Shown here piece by piece: positions 35,974-51,741 of a stretch of DNA of 64,000 nt (positions are counted from its first letter, which is position 1; every line of letters starts with the position of its first letter). A program made the translations under genes and the position numbers. The stretch is from Setoptus koraiensis (lineage: Eukaryota; Animalia; Arthropoda): NCBI GenBank assembly GCA_048013815.1, contig CM106585.1, positions 19,158,001 through 19,222,000 on the forward strand. The letters are read 5' to 3'. The notes beneath the pieces are model-generated. The model made no database searches. It saw only the letters and a list, made by a program, of their open reading frames with translations, and had not been told where the DNA came from.

Positions 35974-38900
35974 ATGTCCTTCGTAAGACGCGATTTTAAA
36001 ATCTCAACCACGCCACTGCTACAACAAACAAATGGCCCCTCACGCCAATCGGACCATGAGAATTACCAGCACAACAACAGCAACAACAATAGTAATATTA
36101 TTGGTGATAGCAGCAGCAGCGGCAGCAGTAATAATTACAATAATGGTGCTAATCATTCCAATGATTCATCGTGCAATTTGACTGACAACTCAACTCCTAA
36201 CAACTCTAATCCGAATAAATTATTAGATTTGAGCAAACAACAGCAACAGCACCAACAAATGCTGTTTAAAGCAAATAAACAACGAAACACCAGCAACATG
36301 TGCAAACCTAGTCAGCAGTCGCCGCCACAACAAGATCGTGATATATCATCATCATCATCATCGAAGAATTGTATACATTTAAACAAATCTGACTCGCCAT
36401 CTACAATTACAGATAATATTGCCGCTCATAGTCAATCGCTAACCATCATGAGATCTTCGCAATCACACCAATTGATGGAAAACAACAACCAGTCGAGCAC
36501 TTTTATTAATAATAATATCAACTTAAATGCTAATCACGCTACTCATCAGCATATACCATCAACCATTGGCAACGCTATCAGGCGTCCTCAACCCGTCACT
36601 GCTAACAAGACAGCAGGTATATTGCAACGACAACCGTCAAATGGGCAGTTTAACAGGCACAGACAGATAGCAGGTTGTGAAATGGCGAAAAAGCAACAAC
36701 AGCAACAACAACAACAACAGCAATTCACTACTGCAATCAATAATGAGCTAGTCAATAATCAGTCAACTAAGCAGTCCATACCAAAGACTTCGATACCTTC
36801 GCAAAGATTCGGTCAATTTGGATCAGCGTCATTCAAAAATAAGCAAATTGCAGTTCCCGTGTCCACTATTCAAAATATAAACAATCACGAAAAGAGCCAG
36901 ACAACCAATGAGGACAACAGTATATGTTCATCGTCGGATGATTTGAGCAGACACAATAACAAGACACAAAGATCATTCGGTATTAATAGGACCAACAGTA
37001 AAGGCCACATAAGGCGATTGAATGGCTCTCTCATTAGCGTGGCCTCAAATGAAAATCACCGAGAACAACAAGACAGCCAAAATTCTAGCTCTTGCTCTAT
37101 AGCTAGTAACAGTAGCAAACAAAATAATACCACTGGTAACAATAGTAGACAAAACAAGACACCAGCGGGTCAGTTTGTGCAGAGGCTGGCGCCCCTGAGA
37201 AGTGCCTCTCTGATAAACAAGCTCATGTTGAATAACAACAACAATAGCAACTTTTCAAACAGCAAAAATGACTCAAGTAATAACAAGCTAGTGAACAACA
37301 AGTGTGATAGAAAGATTACAGGATTAACAAAATCTATGTCTTCAACAAAATTGCAACAAACATTGCGCAACAACAATCAACAAGCAGCTAACAACAACAC
37401 TGGTGGCCACTTCAGCAATATAAACTGCACAAAGCAAAACTCTCCGTTCAAGTCGGTCGATGACAATAATCTCAATCAATTTGTGGCTCAGCAATCATCG
37501 CGTCTGATAGCGCCGAGTAGTAGCAGATTTGAAAATAGACAACAGAAGACATTGAATAGATCGCTTAGCTTCAAGAGATCGCGCACTTTAACACCAGAAC
37601 ACACTAGACAATTTGTCAGTTGTCAGTCGCGAAACGCCGGCAGCAATAAATTTCTAAATATCTCAACATCGGATAGTAAAAATTCTAAAGCTGCAACGCC
37701 AGTGAGCCAAAGCAACAACTATTCTCGATATAACCAATCGTTGATTTCTCGACCGACCACAACAAAATCTAGTCAGTCTTCGATGTTGTCAATAGAGAGT
37801 CAAAATGACACTGACAACGATCTAATGACCGATGAATATTCTATGATGGACGAGGAAACCGCCACAAATAACACGTTTGCTGACGACGATATGATATCTT
37901 CTCATGATGGAAATATGAACTATGTGCAGAATGGAAATACACTCAATTTAGATGACGAAGAAAGCATCGCGGCCTGCAGAAACGATGACTACGTCGATGA
38001 CCACCAGCCGGCGACGGAAACAGATTATGATTCTCGTTTTCGAGCGATTAACGAGCATTTCAGCCAAGACGACACCACTGGGTTGTTTGCAGCTAATAAC
38101 GAGAACAACATAGCGTCCAATTCGCTAGACTCACCTACACCTAGGCAATTCATGTCGCCGCGCCAATCCAGACCATTGCCTAGACTGAAAAAGTGTTCTT
38201 CAGGGGCGGGCAGCGATTTGCCAAGACGTACAAAATCGGATAAGCGAATCATAGCACAATTGTCTCATGCCAATTCGGGCTGCAACTTGAATCTAGATCA
38301 AACCAATCCAGCTAATGCGATAACCAGTAATGACAGTTGTAATAGATGCAAACTAGTGTGTAGCCGTCATAACGACGGATTACAACAGCAACAGGAGTCA
38401 AGTAGCTCCACTTTCGACAGCGGCTGCTTATCAGATTGTTATTGCTCAGCGTATGATTGTGATGATAAAGAAAATTATCAAGACCATGATGAAAATGTCA
38501 TCCGGTGCGCCAATAATACCAATAGCGTGTGTTGTGGCTGGAATGATGATGATCTGCAGACGCAGCGGCAGCATCATTCGGCGGCATTGAGTCAGTTTCA
38601 TCAGTTGCCAAACGCGAAACGATTGTCGATTTTCTCTGAAAGAAAACAATCGCCAAGTTTGATAAGTTGCAAATCATTTGGATCGCTGAGTGACAATCAT
38701 CGCTTTTACAATGCCATCGCCGACTCTCATCATCACCAGCAGCATCAATTTAGGAATATTAGCTCGTCGTCAGCCAATTCTTCACGACGAGAAGACGACG
38801 ATTACGCCATCCCAGCCTCTCTGCAAATGATCTGTCATGACTTAGGTGGGGCCTCTTGTGGTGACACTACTTCCTATTCATCGCAGCAGTCTAGACGAAG

Positions 38901-40642
38901 CTCGTCAACTAGGCCCCACTCAAGGATAATTTTCGATCCAACAAATAGTATGTTTCACATTGTGCCGCCCCAAAGCAGCAATCAGCCACAGACTGATGAT
39001 AAATTAATGGCTGTAGCTACTAATAATAATCCTAATGATAATGACAATTGTTTGGAACAGATATCGGTCTCGAAAAATGAAAAAAACACAACACAATTAT
39101 CGGTGAGTATCGAATCCATTCGCCAGACGGAGCCACGATATCCTGGCTACGATTGCGCGCCAAATCTTCAAGAAACTTACTGCGCGCATGAGCAGATCAA
39201 CTTTTTTGCTCTGTGTCACTACTGGCCCAAAAAGTCAACAACTTCCGTGCCAATTAAAAAAAATAATTCCGCTAATATCATTGCTAATTTCAAATATTTC
39301 ACTATTCCTCTATTCAAATTTATCAAAATACTGTATATTAATAAATAATCAGAATGATTCTAGTCAAAAGATTCCCAAGGAACCAAAGAGGAAGGAGACG
39401 CCCGAATGCCAAGCGCGAGACGCACGAGAGTCGGGCCAAAAGGATACTCACGGCGGTAACAGCGGTAAAAAGGAGTCGTCCGGATTGAATTTGGAGAGGA
39501 GAATGCGAAACTCGTTATCTTCGTTGATTGAAAATTTCACAAATCAAACTGGCCAAAATAATCAACAAGCGCCGAAGCAGCAGCAGCAGCAGTCATTACG
39601 TGATAGGAAATCACTGCCATCGCCTGATAAACCATTGTCAGTATCTCAAACAAATAGCGACCCAACAGCGACTACAGCAACAAAAAACAAAATTTTCAAT
39701 AGTAATAATAACAAAAACGTGATTTATCCACAAATGAAAGGAGAGGATGACTCTTGCACTAAGCAGCCCGATAGCACGATGAGAGGCGATGATAACAATG
39801 TCAACAATGGCACTTCAAGTAACAAGCAAACAGCCAGTGCAGACAGCAAGACCACGAAAAGCGTTGCATCGTCGATGAGGACACCTCTGAACGGTTTGAA
39901 GAAAATGGAATCCTTTGGATTGAAAGAGCCGGCAGGCTGTAAAGGGCCAATAGCAACAGTTGCCTCGAGCGCATCTAATTGGCAGCGTTCATCTGGACTG
40001 ACATTCAAATCATTGTTTGGCTTGCCGTTGGGCAAACAACAGAGTCAACAACGAAAGTTGTCGTCAACATTAAGCCAACAACAACAACAACAACAAAACG
40101 GTGAACCAATTACTATCAGTGCACCTGAGGCAGCAGCTGGCAAGCTGCAATCGAATGATTCAGATTTGCAGCCAATAGCGGCAAAATCAATGCTTTCATT
40201 AGCTCAATGTAGCAGTAATGTGACTGGCTTACCAAAGGCGCCAGGAACAACAAGAAACAACAAGGCAGCGGCGGCAATAAACGGTACAACGACAAACAGC
40301 GTGACTGACATTCAGGCACGCGGAAATAAGTGTTTGGAGGAAAGAATGACATTGTCAACAGAGCATTGTCAAAAGTCTATAATTGATCATGACAATAAAA
40401 TTGGAAATGATTCAAATGACGGGGCAGCGACAAAAAATGTAATATGTAGTGGTAACAACAACATCGACGCTATCAAGAGGGGATCACCGACACTTTCCTC
40501 GCCGTCGTCGTCGACTGCATCTTTGACTATTCAGCATGACAATGAACAGCAACAACAGCAGCAACAACAACAACAGCAGCAGCAACAAGCGAACAGCAGT
40601 GATAAACCAGTGCACAACACTAGGAGGATATTCTCTCTAGAG
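35974..40642 (+). CDS. 5' part of a large Ser/Asn/Gln-rich, probably disordered protein (1,473 aa in two exons); 3' exons unresolved, possibly a long isoform of the NAV-like gene
   Basis: join(35974..39102,39353..40642); phase-0 intron GTGAGT..AATCAG joins the two long ORFs; exon 2 ends GAG|GTGAGT (phase 0). Contains SxIP-like motifs (TSIP, SDLP, TGLP). No recognisable globular domain. Confidence 0.75.
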
Positions 40643-42322
40643 GTGAGTCAGACGAATAATTTAATAGGCAATCGATGCTGCCGCAGTTGATATCTGCGCG
40701 TCATATGCATTCGATACAGTTTTTTTACGCCAGTTTAATCGCAACGCAACAGTACGCTGGCGGACAAAATCTGGTCGTGCCAGGCCTGGCCAGACCAGGT
40801 AATTTACCTGAGGTAAACTGTTGTCAGGGTTACTGTTGATACCGTTGTGTTTGCGACAGAGCACTTGTTTGTTGTAACTGTTTGTTGTAACTGTAACACG
40901 CACACAAACACAGTGCTGCTACAATGTTAATTGTACACTTGTCATCGTTACTGTTGTCAATCGCTGGCTCGAAGTGTCTCAATTTTGCCAGCAATCATTT
41001 TAATGGCTCGCTAGCCATATTACTACGCTTGAATCGCCTCTTACCCCATACCTTATAGTGTCAGTGCTGTCAGTTGTGCTATCAACACCAGCAACCACAA
41101 TCGGCCACCATCAAACTGTTGTTGGCAGACCGCTCGTCATCCAGTAGACAGTCGGTTGGGATCACTTTCTATCATCAAAAGCATTGTTGTTGTTGTCGTG
41201 TTATTGTGTTAGTTCATTGTCAAGTTTGTCGAGATAGCGCAGACAAGAATGCAACAACGCTAGACAACAAATCGCGCCGGATCGTTTTAGACGCGACACA
41301 CAACACACTAGTATAGACTCTATAGTATAGAGGCGATATAACATCGTACCGAGAGCAATCATATTACCTTTGCCAGTTGAGCAGTTTGATGTTCCATAAC
41401 ATAACTGTCATGTTACAAGAGCGCGCGGGATTTTCTACCATCTATCTCGCCAACTAAATAATGGCCGAGCCAGTGTAACAGGCCTTTGCTTTGTCTATTG
41501 CATTCTTTTCGGCGCGCCAACAATAAAAGTTTTTGTTGTTATAATGACGACGTTTAATCTAGATCTAATCTAATATGCCAACAACAACACTGGCAACAAC
41601 GCTGCCAACAGCACTGGCAACAGCACTGGCAACAAGGCATTGTTCGCATATCAATTGCGACAACGACCACCGTAATGATGACGATGATTCCTACGATGAC
41701 GGCAGGGTTGACAGAGTTCACAAGACACAAGACCAAAGATGGCGTAAGATAGCGAGACGGCGAGATCGTTAGCTAGTTGGCTGGCGAACAAACGGCGTTG
41801 TTGTTGTGAAAAATACGATGAAACATGAAATTACATAAATGATGGACGTTGCCGTCTGGCTTGGAGCGCTCTCAAGCCGGCCGAGCCGTTTGAACTGGCT
41901 CCTAATGTAATCAATAATATCAATATGTTTCAGCTGGTTGTTGTTGTCGTTGCCTAACAACCTACTACCTGTATGTACGGCCGCCACTTAAAGCCAATGG
42001 GCGATGTTTGAGGATAGGCACAGACAAAGATCATGACCGATTGCGATTGTCGGGCCTGAGTCAAGTTTAGCTTCGCCTTGACATTAAACAACGACCATTC
42101 AATAGAGATAACAAGGGGTGATGTCTCCCCGGCCGCTATCCGGCCATGTGCTGAAACGAAGGCAAAAAACATATTGTGTGTAAGCCAATCAATAATGGTC
42201 TCTCATGATTTTTTCTGTTATTGCGCGCCCGAAATCCTGCCCTGGAGAGAATTGCACTTGTTGTGTTCTTTTTTGCCTCCCTCCCCTTCGCCGCTGCGAT
42301 TGTCTGGCTGCCAACGCACCAA

Positions 42323-42364
42323 TGTTGCCAGTGTTGCCAGTGTTGCCAGTGTTGCCAGTGTTGC
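42323..42364. repeat. 9-bp tandem repeat (TGTTGCCAG)x4.5
   Basis: Direct reading. Confidence 0.9.
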
Positions 42365-43881
42365 TAATGTCATAATGTCGGCCAATGGCTGCCAAAGCGA
42401 ATTATATCCAGCCAGCTATCGATGGGTGGTGGTGACAGGCGCAGAATTGAACGATGGCCGCGCCAATCATTATTGATCGCGTCAGTCATTGTCATCGCGG
42501 TCGTCGGTCATTATGGCCGACAACTAACTCACTGACAGTGGCCAACCGTGCACTCACAACACCGTGATATGATGTGACTGTGGCTCACATGGAAAGATGT
42601 GGCTCCCGGAAACAACATTTGGTGTGCATCCGATTCATTCACCTGTCATCACTGGCCCATCGCGTCTTAATCTTCGCCCAGTTTGTAGCTGTTTCATGTT
42701 GCAACGGTCGTCGTTGTTGTCGTTGTCGTTGTTGCTGTTGTCGTTGTTGCTGTTGTCGTTGTTGTCGTTGACAGCGAGTAACGGTATTGATTAGAATGTC
42801 TGTCTAGTGTGCGACTGACTGACGTAATCGTGATGATGCCATTTGAATAGGCCGGGCCGGGCCGGGCCGGCGCAATGATTGCTTGGCATCAGTGGGCATT
42901 TGATCGGCGGCTCTCTCATTGAGCATTGATTCGAGCAACTCTCAGCTCATGAGCTCACGCTGCCTGCCATCCACCAGCCATGACACATAGCAGGCATGCA
43001 CCGTGTCTCAGTCGTCATCACGACACAATGCGATAAGACACTAATTTTCACTGTGATTACTTACATCATTTAGCTACAACAATGCGAGCCAACGCAGGCC
43101 AACAATATATTCGAGTGAGTGATCTCGCTTTCTCAGGTAATTGCCTTATCAGTGCTATGATCATGTCGCTGTTGTCGCCTCTAACTGAAAGGGACACTCC
43201 GACGACACGCCAACAGCCTCAAAGACAACAGTGACGAGCTGCGTTTGTGCCAGCAAATCACACAGGTTATCATTAGCTAATTGTTGAAGTGGATCTAATC
43301 TTGTCCTTTCATGCATCGCTTTAGTCACCGGTCGTCATCGGCGCCGTCATTGTTGTTGCCTTTGGTCGCTGTCGTTGCCGTTGTCGTTGTTGCGAAATGT
43401 TTTACACCAATTCTTTCGCAATTGCCAGCAGTCAAACAATCGCAATTGAATTGCTTGACTGGCCAACTGCCGCATAACAACAACAACAACGACGACGACG
43501 ACGACAACAACAACGTCGACGACAACAACGACATCAACAACTACGGCTTATTAGTTATTCTTGGATGCAACCAGTTTCACATATTTGAATATATCAGCGG
43601 CTGGTAGTAGCAGGTTCACTTTCATATTCGTCACACACTCTTACATCGCAGTTATGCCTATGACTTTCTTCTTCCTCTCCGCCGTTGCCCAGCTTCCATA
43701 TTGCCTGATCCTATGTGCAGTCTGCATGCAAACAAATCACTGATTGGCCAGACTGTTCGGCTTGCCAGCCAGCCAAACAGTGAGTGGCTGCCGATGCCAC
43801 CATTATTGTGTGTCCTCCAACTGTCCACCTCCAACCGAACAACTCTCACTGTGCCTCTCAACTGGCTACCTGGCCAGCTCG

Positions 43882-43970
43882 GGCTAACTCCGGATAACTT
43901 TGGATAACTTCGGCTAGCTTCGACTAGCTTCGACTAGCTTCGACTAGCTTCGGCTAGCTTTGGCCGGCTC
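43882..43970. repeat. 10-bp tandem repeat (GRMTARCTTC)x9
   Basis: GGATAACTTY / GGCTAGCTTC / GACTAGCTTC units. Confidence 0.9.
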
Positions 43971-46900
43971 AGGTGACTAACGGAGGCGACGAAAGGCAAC
44001 GAAAGTCAAGAATATAATAATGTAATGCAATATAACAGTGGGTTGCCGTACGCTGTACATTGTACGGTATGTGTGTAGGTATTAGCCGGTATGGCAGCAG
44101 TGAGCTGGCATGCAAATTTAAATGGCTGGCACAGCAGAGCGGAATGAGAGTGACATGAGTCATGACATCATGACAGCAGCAAAAAAGAAAACACTCTGTA
44201 GTACGGATCGTTGGTAGTATTACGTAACTCACAATTACGTTTGATTGTATTATTATTGTTGCACTGTTAGTGCCTAATATAACTGTCCTTTTATCTTTCT
44301 TTATCGCTGCTCTCGGTCTCTGTGTCACTGTGTCTGTGTATTATCGCATGCTCGCCGTGTGTCGGTGTGTCGGTATGATTTCTTGGCTCGATTTTATCCT
44401 GCATTTTATTTCGTTTCATCCAACGACGACCACTGCGAGACAGGATCAATAAGCTCACCTACAATTTATTTGTTTCTCTCATTGGGCCACAGTTGTTGTA
44501 CTCTAATTTGAATTTACATTTCTAACGGTTGTGTTTTAGCGTGTGTGTGTGTGTGTTTGACACCCGACAACGGCGTAATATTTTCGTCGCCCTCCCCAGA
44601 AGAAGATTATACCCTTTGTTGGCGTGTCCTTGTCGAGATGGCACCCTCTCTGTCTGGCCGGCCGGCCGGCGGATCTACGACGCTCGACTCGACTGGCCGC
44701 TGGCTTCAGGTTTCACACCATCATGGCCGTGTCGTGCCGACTTTGGCCAAGCTCGCCCGGCCAGCCAGTCCAGTCCAGTCGGGCCAGTCATTCTAGTCCG
44801 GCCCGGCCCGGATCAGTCCAGTCTGGTCGATAGTGGTGCCGAGCCACGTTCGCTAAGAGGGAGACTATTTTTGTGTGTCGTGTCACCCTATGCCAACAAG
44901 TTGGCCGAACAACACACGGTGCAGACAGTGGGATATAAATCAGATCAGATCGGATCAAATGAGATCAGATTGAATTGGATTGGATTGGATCAAATTGGAC
45001 CTGGCTGGATTTTAGTGTGACCTGTGGCCGCCTAATCGTTCACGGGTCGCGCCGGCTTTCGGGCCATACAGACAAATAGTGATGCTGCCTACTCTCGACT
45101 AACCCGCTGACAGTGCAGCGGTCCGAGCTGGCCAGTGTGCCAGTGTTGTTAGTTAGTAAAATTGTACACTCAAGTGCACAAATTGGTTAGCTTGCATTAT
45201 TAGGTAACAATAATGACAACACATGCTGATATGTACAATCAAGTGGCAGTGGCTGTGGGCATTATAGCAACGACAGCCAAATTAAAGGGTGAAACATTAG
45301 ATGCCAACAGTGACAGCGGCGATGGCCAGACCGAGTAATGTATAGAGGGCAATAAACAAACAATAACGCTCCACTTTACTTCCTCGACTCTTTATACACA
45401 CACACACAAATGTCTAAATCTTTCTTTTTGCGCCGGCATTAGCACTAGAATAAGTGCTGTTTGCTTTGTTTTATCATGTGTGTTCTTTTTTATATTATTT
45501 TATATTATTATGTGGCTATGCGAATTGGTCGCACAATCATTGTCGTCGTCGTCGTTATCTGGCGCCATTACAGCATTTGATGTTGTCATAACATTACATA
45601 ACAACAACAACAACGCCAACAACATTCATTGTTGTTTGTTGACGCAATCGGTCTATGCCCGTTGCCGCCTCTGACGCTGCTTTAGTTGTGGTGATGATGC
45701 CCACTCTCATTCCGATGATGCTGATACAACTAGCAACTTTCATATGTGAATGCATAATGTATACATAATGTATAAAAGTGTGTGAGCAAATTGTGGAAAA
45801 AGTTATATTTTCTCTCTCATAGTTGCTGCTTCCGTTGCTGATTGTACACCTATCGCCATTAAGTGTGTCTGTTTGTTTGTTTGTTTGTGCTTATGTTGGT
45901 CGTGATGCAAATCACAACCAGCTAAATTGTGTGTCCTTGCGTCACACTCACAAAGCTAGCTAAACTAGGTCTAATTCCAGCTGAATCATTGGTGTAGATA
46001 AAATCAATAATTGGTCTCACTGTCGTTGCCAGCATTCTCACATAACGCTTTCAACTCGCTACTATACTATTGCTGCTGCTACAATAGTATAGCTACAAAC
46101 AAACAAACAAACAAACGAAGCTGCAAGCCTACGAGTCCCTGACACGGCGAAAACCACAGTATTGTCCCAGTTCGATAACGGTGCCCACAAATTGTGAAAA
46201 CTGCTAGTTTAGCGTTTCATGAGTCGCATTTGTTGCACTTGTTTCGGCCCGCCAGGCCTATTCTCTCTCTCTTTCACTTGATAATGCATATTCAATTGGT
46301 CCGTTATTACGTTATAACGTTACAGGCATTGTTGTTCGTTTTTGTGCTCATGACTCAATATCATGTATCGACACAAAACAAATTTGTCCATCTATCTGTG
46401 TGAATACAGATATTTAAGCAATGTGCTCCTCGGAGGGACAACAAATAAACACACATACACAGATTATTGATGTTAGCGCGAGATTATGTTTGTAAGCCTA
46501 CATTTATATCGTGAAAAACAACAGCTACGACGGCGTGAGTGAAACATCAAGTCCACTTTAGTTCAGTTCGGCCAGCTAGACAGTTAGACAGATAGACAGA
46601 TACTGAAACTGAAACTGAAAGTGGTGATTTAATCCCTCCAATTTATAACTGTTTGTTTTCGTTCTGCCAACACACTCTCCTCTGTTTGCTAGATTACTAG
46701 CTCAGAAATGATACACTACAACTATCTCCAACGCAAACTATTATTACATAACACACGACACTGCATGCCATATTCGCTTGTGTCCACGATGGCAGAAAGA
46801 GAGCGATTTATTTCAATGGATAATTGATAGGTAGGTTGATGTTGTCGTTGTTTAACAAAGTTGTCAGTCTTTGCCACACATAAACACATTCATGCAGTGT

Positions 46901-49900
46901 CCATATGTCATATACAAACTAGACAAAAGTTAATCTTAGATTACTATTAGGCATAACTCATCTGTGTGTCGTGATAAATACACAGAACCAAATAAGTTGA
47001 GCCAACCTATCGACAACTTGATGAGTTATCACTCTCTCGCTCTGTCGGGCATCAATTTCATGCCGAGAACTGGCAGAGTCGGGGTCGCGGATTAGAGCCA
47101 CTCGCCGGGTTATAAATCATCAAGCTCTGTGTGATGATGAATGGCCACACACACACACACACACGTTGGCCAAATTAGTTGGCGATGTTTGGAGTGAGAT
47201 TTTTTGGAATTGAGCTCAGTGAGCTCGACGTGGACTCTTGTGGAGTCCGTCATCATTGATCATTCATGGATGCTAGATGATAGAACTTGTGTGTTGTTAT
47301 ATGAAGAATTTAATTGTTTGCCAAACAACAACTGTGATCGCTTGTCTGAATCTGTGTAAACACAAGCATGAGCAACTTGCCAGCGAGCGTTCTCTCGAGT
47401 AGCCTCGAACGAAACGTGTCGATAATGATCTCAGAAATAGTAGGGATAGCGTATGGTTGCTTCGGCGATGGTGGGCACCTCGATCGGGAATAGGTCACTC
47501 GCACGAGCTGTTTTTGTGCCGATACTCGAGTCACAAACATGGCACCAGAAGTAATGAGAAGCCCAAAAAGTTGAAGTTGGCCCTCTCGCCACATAGACGG
47601 CCACTCGAGTGATTTTGTTTCGATCGAATGATCTGTTTTGATTAAGATTTAGCTAGTATAACAGTATTTGGCAGCTGTTCCACTGGATAGAGCAACTTTC
47701 ACTTCAATTGTTTCTCGCTTCGCTCACGACAAATGTCCAATGCAAACAACACACGCAGACGCTGACTTGTCCGTTGTCGCCACTAGAAACCACTGCTGAT
47801 CTCTTTTTATGGCCATTGATCGTTACGTGATACGTTGGTAAAACAGATAAAAGCATGGGCAAATTCATTGGGTCGCCGGGGTCTAGAGTCTTCAAGGAGC
47901 CAGGACAGCCCAGCAAAAACAACAACTTGTACATGGTTGACATATGTATACTATCCAAACAACATATGCTGAGCGCGTTGCCAGGTCCGATGAGATCATT
48001 GACCGCCGAGATCCAATGACGACTCAGCGAGAGGCCCTCACAAGGTCCCCATGGCTTGCCGGCCAGGGTTGCCAACATTTGCACGTTCCACCGCCACTAA
48101 CATGGCCGACGTGCACCCAAACTAAACAGCTTTTATTATATCTGACTTATGGAGCTCTCTCTCGCTTTCCGAAGGAACTGAAATCCAGTTTGATCTTGCT
48201 AACTACGCACAAACACACAAACATGTAAGTGTGCGACAATTAGTTTCGACATTAGTTCAGCTGTGTTAGCTGAACTAATGATCTAGATGGATTCTTGCTG
48301 GTAAACAACTACGTCTGCATTCATAGGCGTAAAATTGTTTGCCATTTGTTCGGTTGCACGCGCACACATTACCAGTTTGCAAGCACACAAGCAAACAAAA
48401 AATCCTATAATGAATAAAAATATCGTATGAGCTGCTTATTATCAAGCTAATGTATTCAATCCGATTATCGCAATTGATCCATCAAAACAAGGTAATGGGG
48501 CACAGGTTCAGATGGGCCTCTCTCTGCCTCTCTCGCTTTATGTGGAAATATATCCTCTCGTGAACAGCGTGACGCAATTGCGTAAAACGCTTAGATATCC
48601 AACACATGGCGACACCGATATTGTCTTTATTGCTGAATGTCGGCTGTGTTTGAAGTTGCTAAAATAATGAGTTTTTTCACTGCTGGCGTCAATGTGGTGT
48701 AAATATATAATAGCGCCATCTTGATTGAATTACATGGTTCCGCTGTCCGCGAAACCGACACAACTGCAGAAAGAATTTCACTACTGACCGTTGCTACGGA
48801 CAGTGGTTGGCCCAATCTTTTCTCTAACCCAATTTTTCGCATTTTCTGCCCTACAGATGATATCAGTTGAATCAGTTGTTTGATTTGAAACGTCCAACTG
48901 AACACATCTCTTCCTCTCTGAATCACGCTCTACCGGCCACCATCAAATAATCTAGACTGATTTCAATCAAATGAACATCTATTGTGTGCTCATAACAACA
49001 TGACGCCCTTCCTCTCTCGCTTTCGTTCATTGTCTATTTTATATTGTGCGGTCATCTCACCATTAAATAACTTGTTCAAATGGCTGGTCACTGCTGCACT
49101 CATTCTAGCTTTGTCGGTTAATGGTTCATTTGAGAGAAACATAGTTATAGTGCACTGCATCAACCAAATACTTATTTACTTTAAGTGCGTTCGATACTGT
49201 TGAAATGTTTCAGTGTTTACCGATTTGTGGCTAGTGCTGAGGCTATTAGAAGGGTGCAGAAGATTACAATGATCCAGAACAAGTAATTTGGTCAAATCCT
49301 ATATGCACGATATATTTATATTATCAATGATAGCGATTTGATTGTAGATCAAATCTGTTAACTTTATAAGCGATCTCTCCCTCTCGATGCATCATGAGCC
49401 GCATTGGAAGATCCACATAATCACTCACAGATTTGAAGTAATCTTGCATCTTTTATTTTGGCAGGTGCACACTAAATCCAACTAACAGCAACCACGAATC
49501 AGCATACTCACACACGATGATGCTGTTAGTTGATCTGATCGGCTATTTTCTCTCCATCTTGAGAGAAAGAGAGAGAACAAAAAAAAAATAGACCATGCAA
49601 TAATCACTATTATGCTCTTTTTCCATGACCGATAACCGACTCAGCCCCACCAACCGTTCGATCGATGATTCTCTGGAATATCTTCTATAGGCCTTGTTGT
49701 GCTTGAAGGTATTACATAGAGTGACCGCTCTTCTTCCATGAGTCGTCTCACATCCCTCATCACCCTTCTTCGTGCTCGTTTCTAGTCCTTAGTTCAGCTG
49801 CTTTTTGTGTTGATGCAACCATCAAATATGAATGTTTGCAGAGAGAGAGGAGAGAGAGAGAGAGAGAGAGAGAAAGAGTGAGTTGAGCTCCCTCTCTCTA

Positions 49901-51699
49901 AATATGCACACAAATAATGGGCGCAACGTATTGAAGAGCCTCTCTTCATATACGAACATTATAGCGAAGCTTTAGGGCTTCCTAAGACAATAGCGTATTA
50001 GCGATCGACCGAGGCAAGTTCAGGATGATTTCAGGCGCGTTTTCCCATTGTGTTCCATGTACTTACCAGTGGTAAGTTACCACACACAGCTCGGTGTAAT
50101 AGGAATAATATTTATGAGCAGAAATATGATTCGTTGCGTCAACCATAGGCATTAGTCCTTGACAGTTTGCTTTCACTTTGCCGGCCAGCTTTCATCTTTA
50201 TCAGCTCGCAATGTAGACATTATTATTAATATACTCGTGGTTTGGTATACATTGTTTCGCTAATGTTTGTTATGCTGCCGAGCTGTTTTGATGCGCCTAT
50301 CCTCAGTCAAGTGTATAATGAGTGCGGTGATACAAAAGGATGAGACAGACTATGTGGATCAACAAAATGATCTTCCTTTCTTTCTCTCCTCGGTGACGCT
50401 GTTGACGGTAACAATGTTACTTTTCGCAAGCTAGTAAACAATGATCAACTTGTATCTTTGCGTCATCACATATAATGGATAATGACACCACAAGCATTTT
50501 TTATGTTGTCGCCACTGTCTTGTTGAAGTTCTCGCAACTTCATTTATCTTTTTCATACCTGTGTGAATGTACCGAGAGTCAAACCTGTCCCACTGTAAGT
50601 AGATAATCTCTATCTCATCAACTTCAAACAATTATCAGCAAGCTTTAACAGGTATACCTTTCACTCATTCATTTTCCTGATATTGATGAACTATTTACTT
50701 GTAACTACTCTTTCATAATCTACACTTGGACTGGTTATTGCAGATATATGTTATTTCACACATAGTGTCTAAGACGATTACACTTCGATATAGAAGCATA
50801 ATATAAGTTGACTTTCGCTATTTCCCTCACCGATATGGTATATTTCCACAACTGTCTTCCTAACTAGTTGTTGTTGAGTGTGCTCTAAATGGCCAATTTG
50901 CCAGAGTTCTCAATGATGATAGTAGTAGCCTGTACTAATTTTTTTAATCAGAGCTTCGCATGAGATATAAAAAATTGTTATAAAACATTCTTTTGCTTGT
51001 TCCGTTCAAAAGCCCCATACCCACCGTTAGTTGAACTAGTCAGTACGGAACGAACAACAAGAAATGTATAACTTTCTATTGCAAAGGTGATAAATTGAGT
51101 GATGTGCACAATAACGGACAATTCCGTCTAGACTTATTTCCGAGGGAAAATCTAGCTAGTCTTTGTATTCTCATTCATGCTACCAGGAGAATGGCATGAA
51201 TTCCTATTGTGCATATTATAAGTGATACATTATAAGTCTCAACTGGGAGCGCGTTTTATTTTAGACCTAATATATGTCTTCGTGTACCATGATGGATGAT
51301 GCGATGTTGGTGGTTGATGTTAGCAGCATCTGTTATCGTTGTCCTGTCTATTCTCGATTATTCACATTATGTTTGCATGTGCCATTAAACATAAACGAAC
51401 ATCATTCATTCGCAAATAATCTAAGTGATGGTGACCTCTATTTAGTGGTCTGAAATTGGACAAATTCATTGCAAAAGTTTGATGCACCACCAAGTCTTGG
51501 CCAACCACTAAAGCAACCATAGCAATAATCATAATATTCAAGTATCTGAGTGTGTGTCCTAATATGCCGCAGATGTTTGTTCATTTAATGTGTGCAATAT
51601 GGAAGCCTATTAATGTTTTTTGCTTTTGTTGTTTTTTCTTTGCAGCAATAGATTACCCAAACTCATTGCTCTACCTGTGTTTGCTTAGGGACCGTGTCT

Positions 51700-51701
<2 letters not shown>

Positions 51702-51739
<38 letters not shown>
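51702..51739. repeat. (CT)n microsatellite
   Basis: Direct reading. Confidence 0.95.

Positions 51740-51741
<2 letters not shown>

Noticed and set aside
47310-47594. PYAIPTISEII resembling the RT YPLPRIDE motif
   Set aside because: Single short match with no flanking RT motifs.
50061-50077. Perfect 8-bp hairpin ACTTACCA-G-TGGTAAGT resembling the U1 5' end paired with a donor site
   Set aside because: One or more such palindromes are expected by chance in 64 kb; no further U1 snRNA sequence.
50561-50594. Possible 34-nt minus-strand exon (TTACAG|..|GTATGA)
   Set aside because: No partner exons or recognisable product found.
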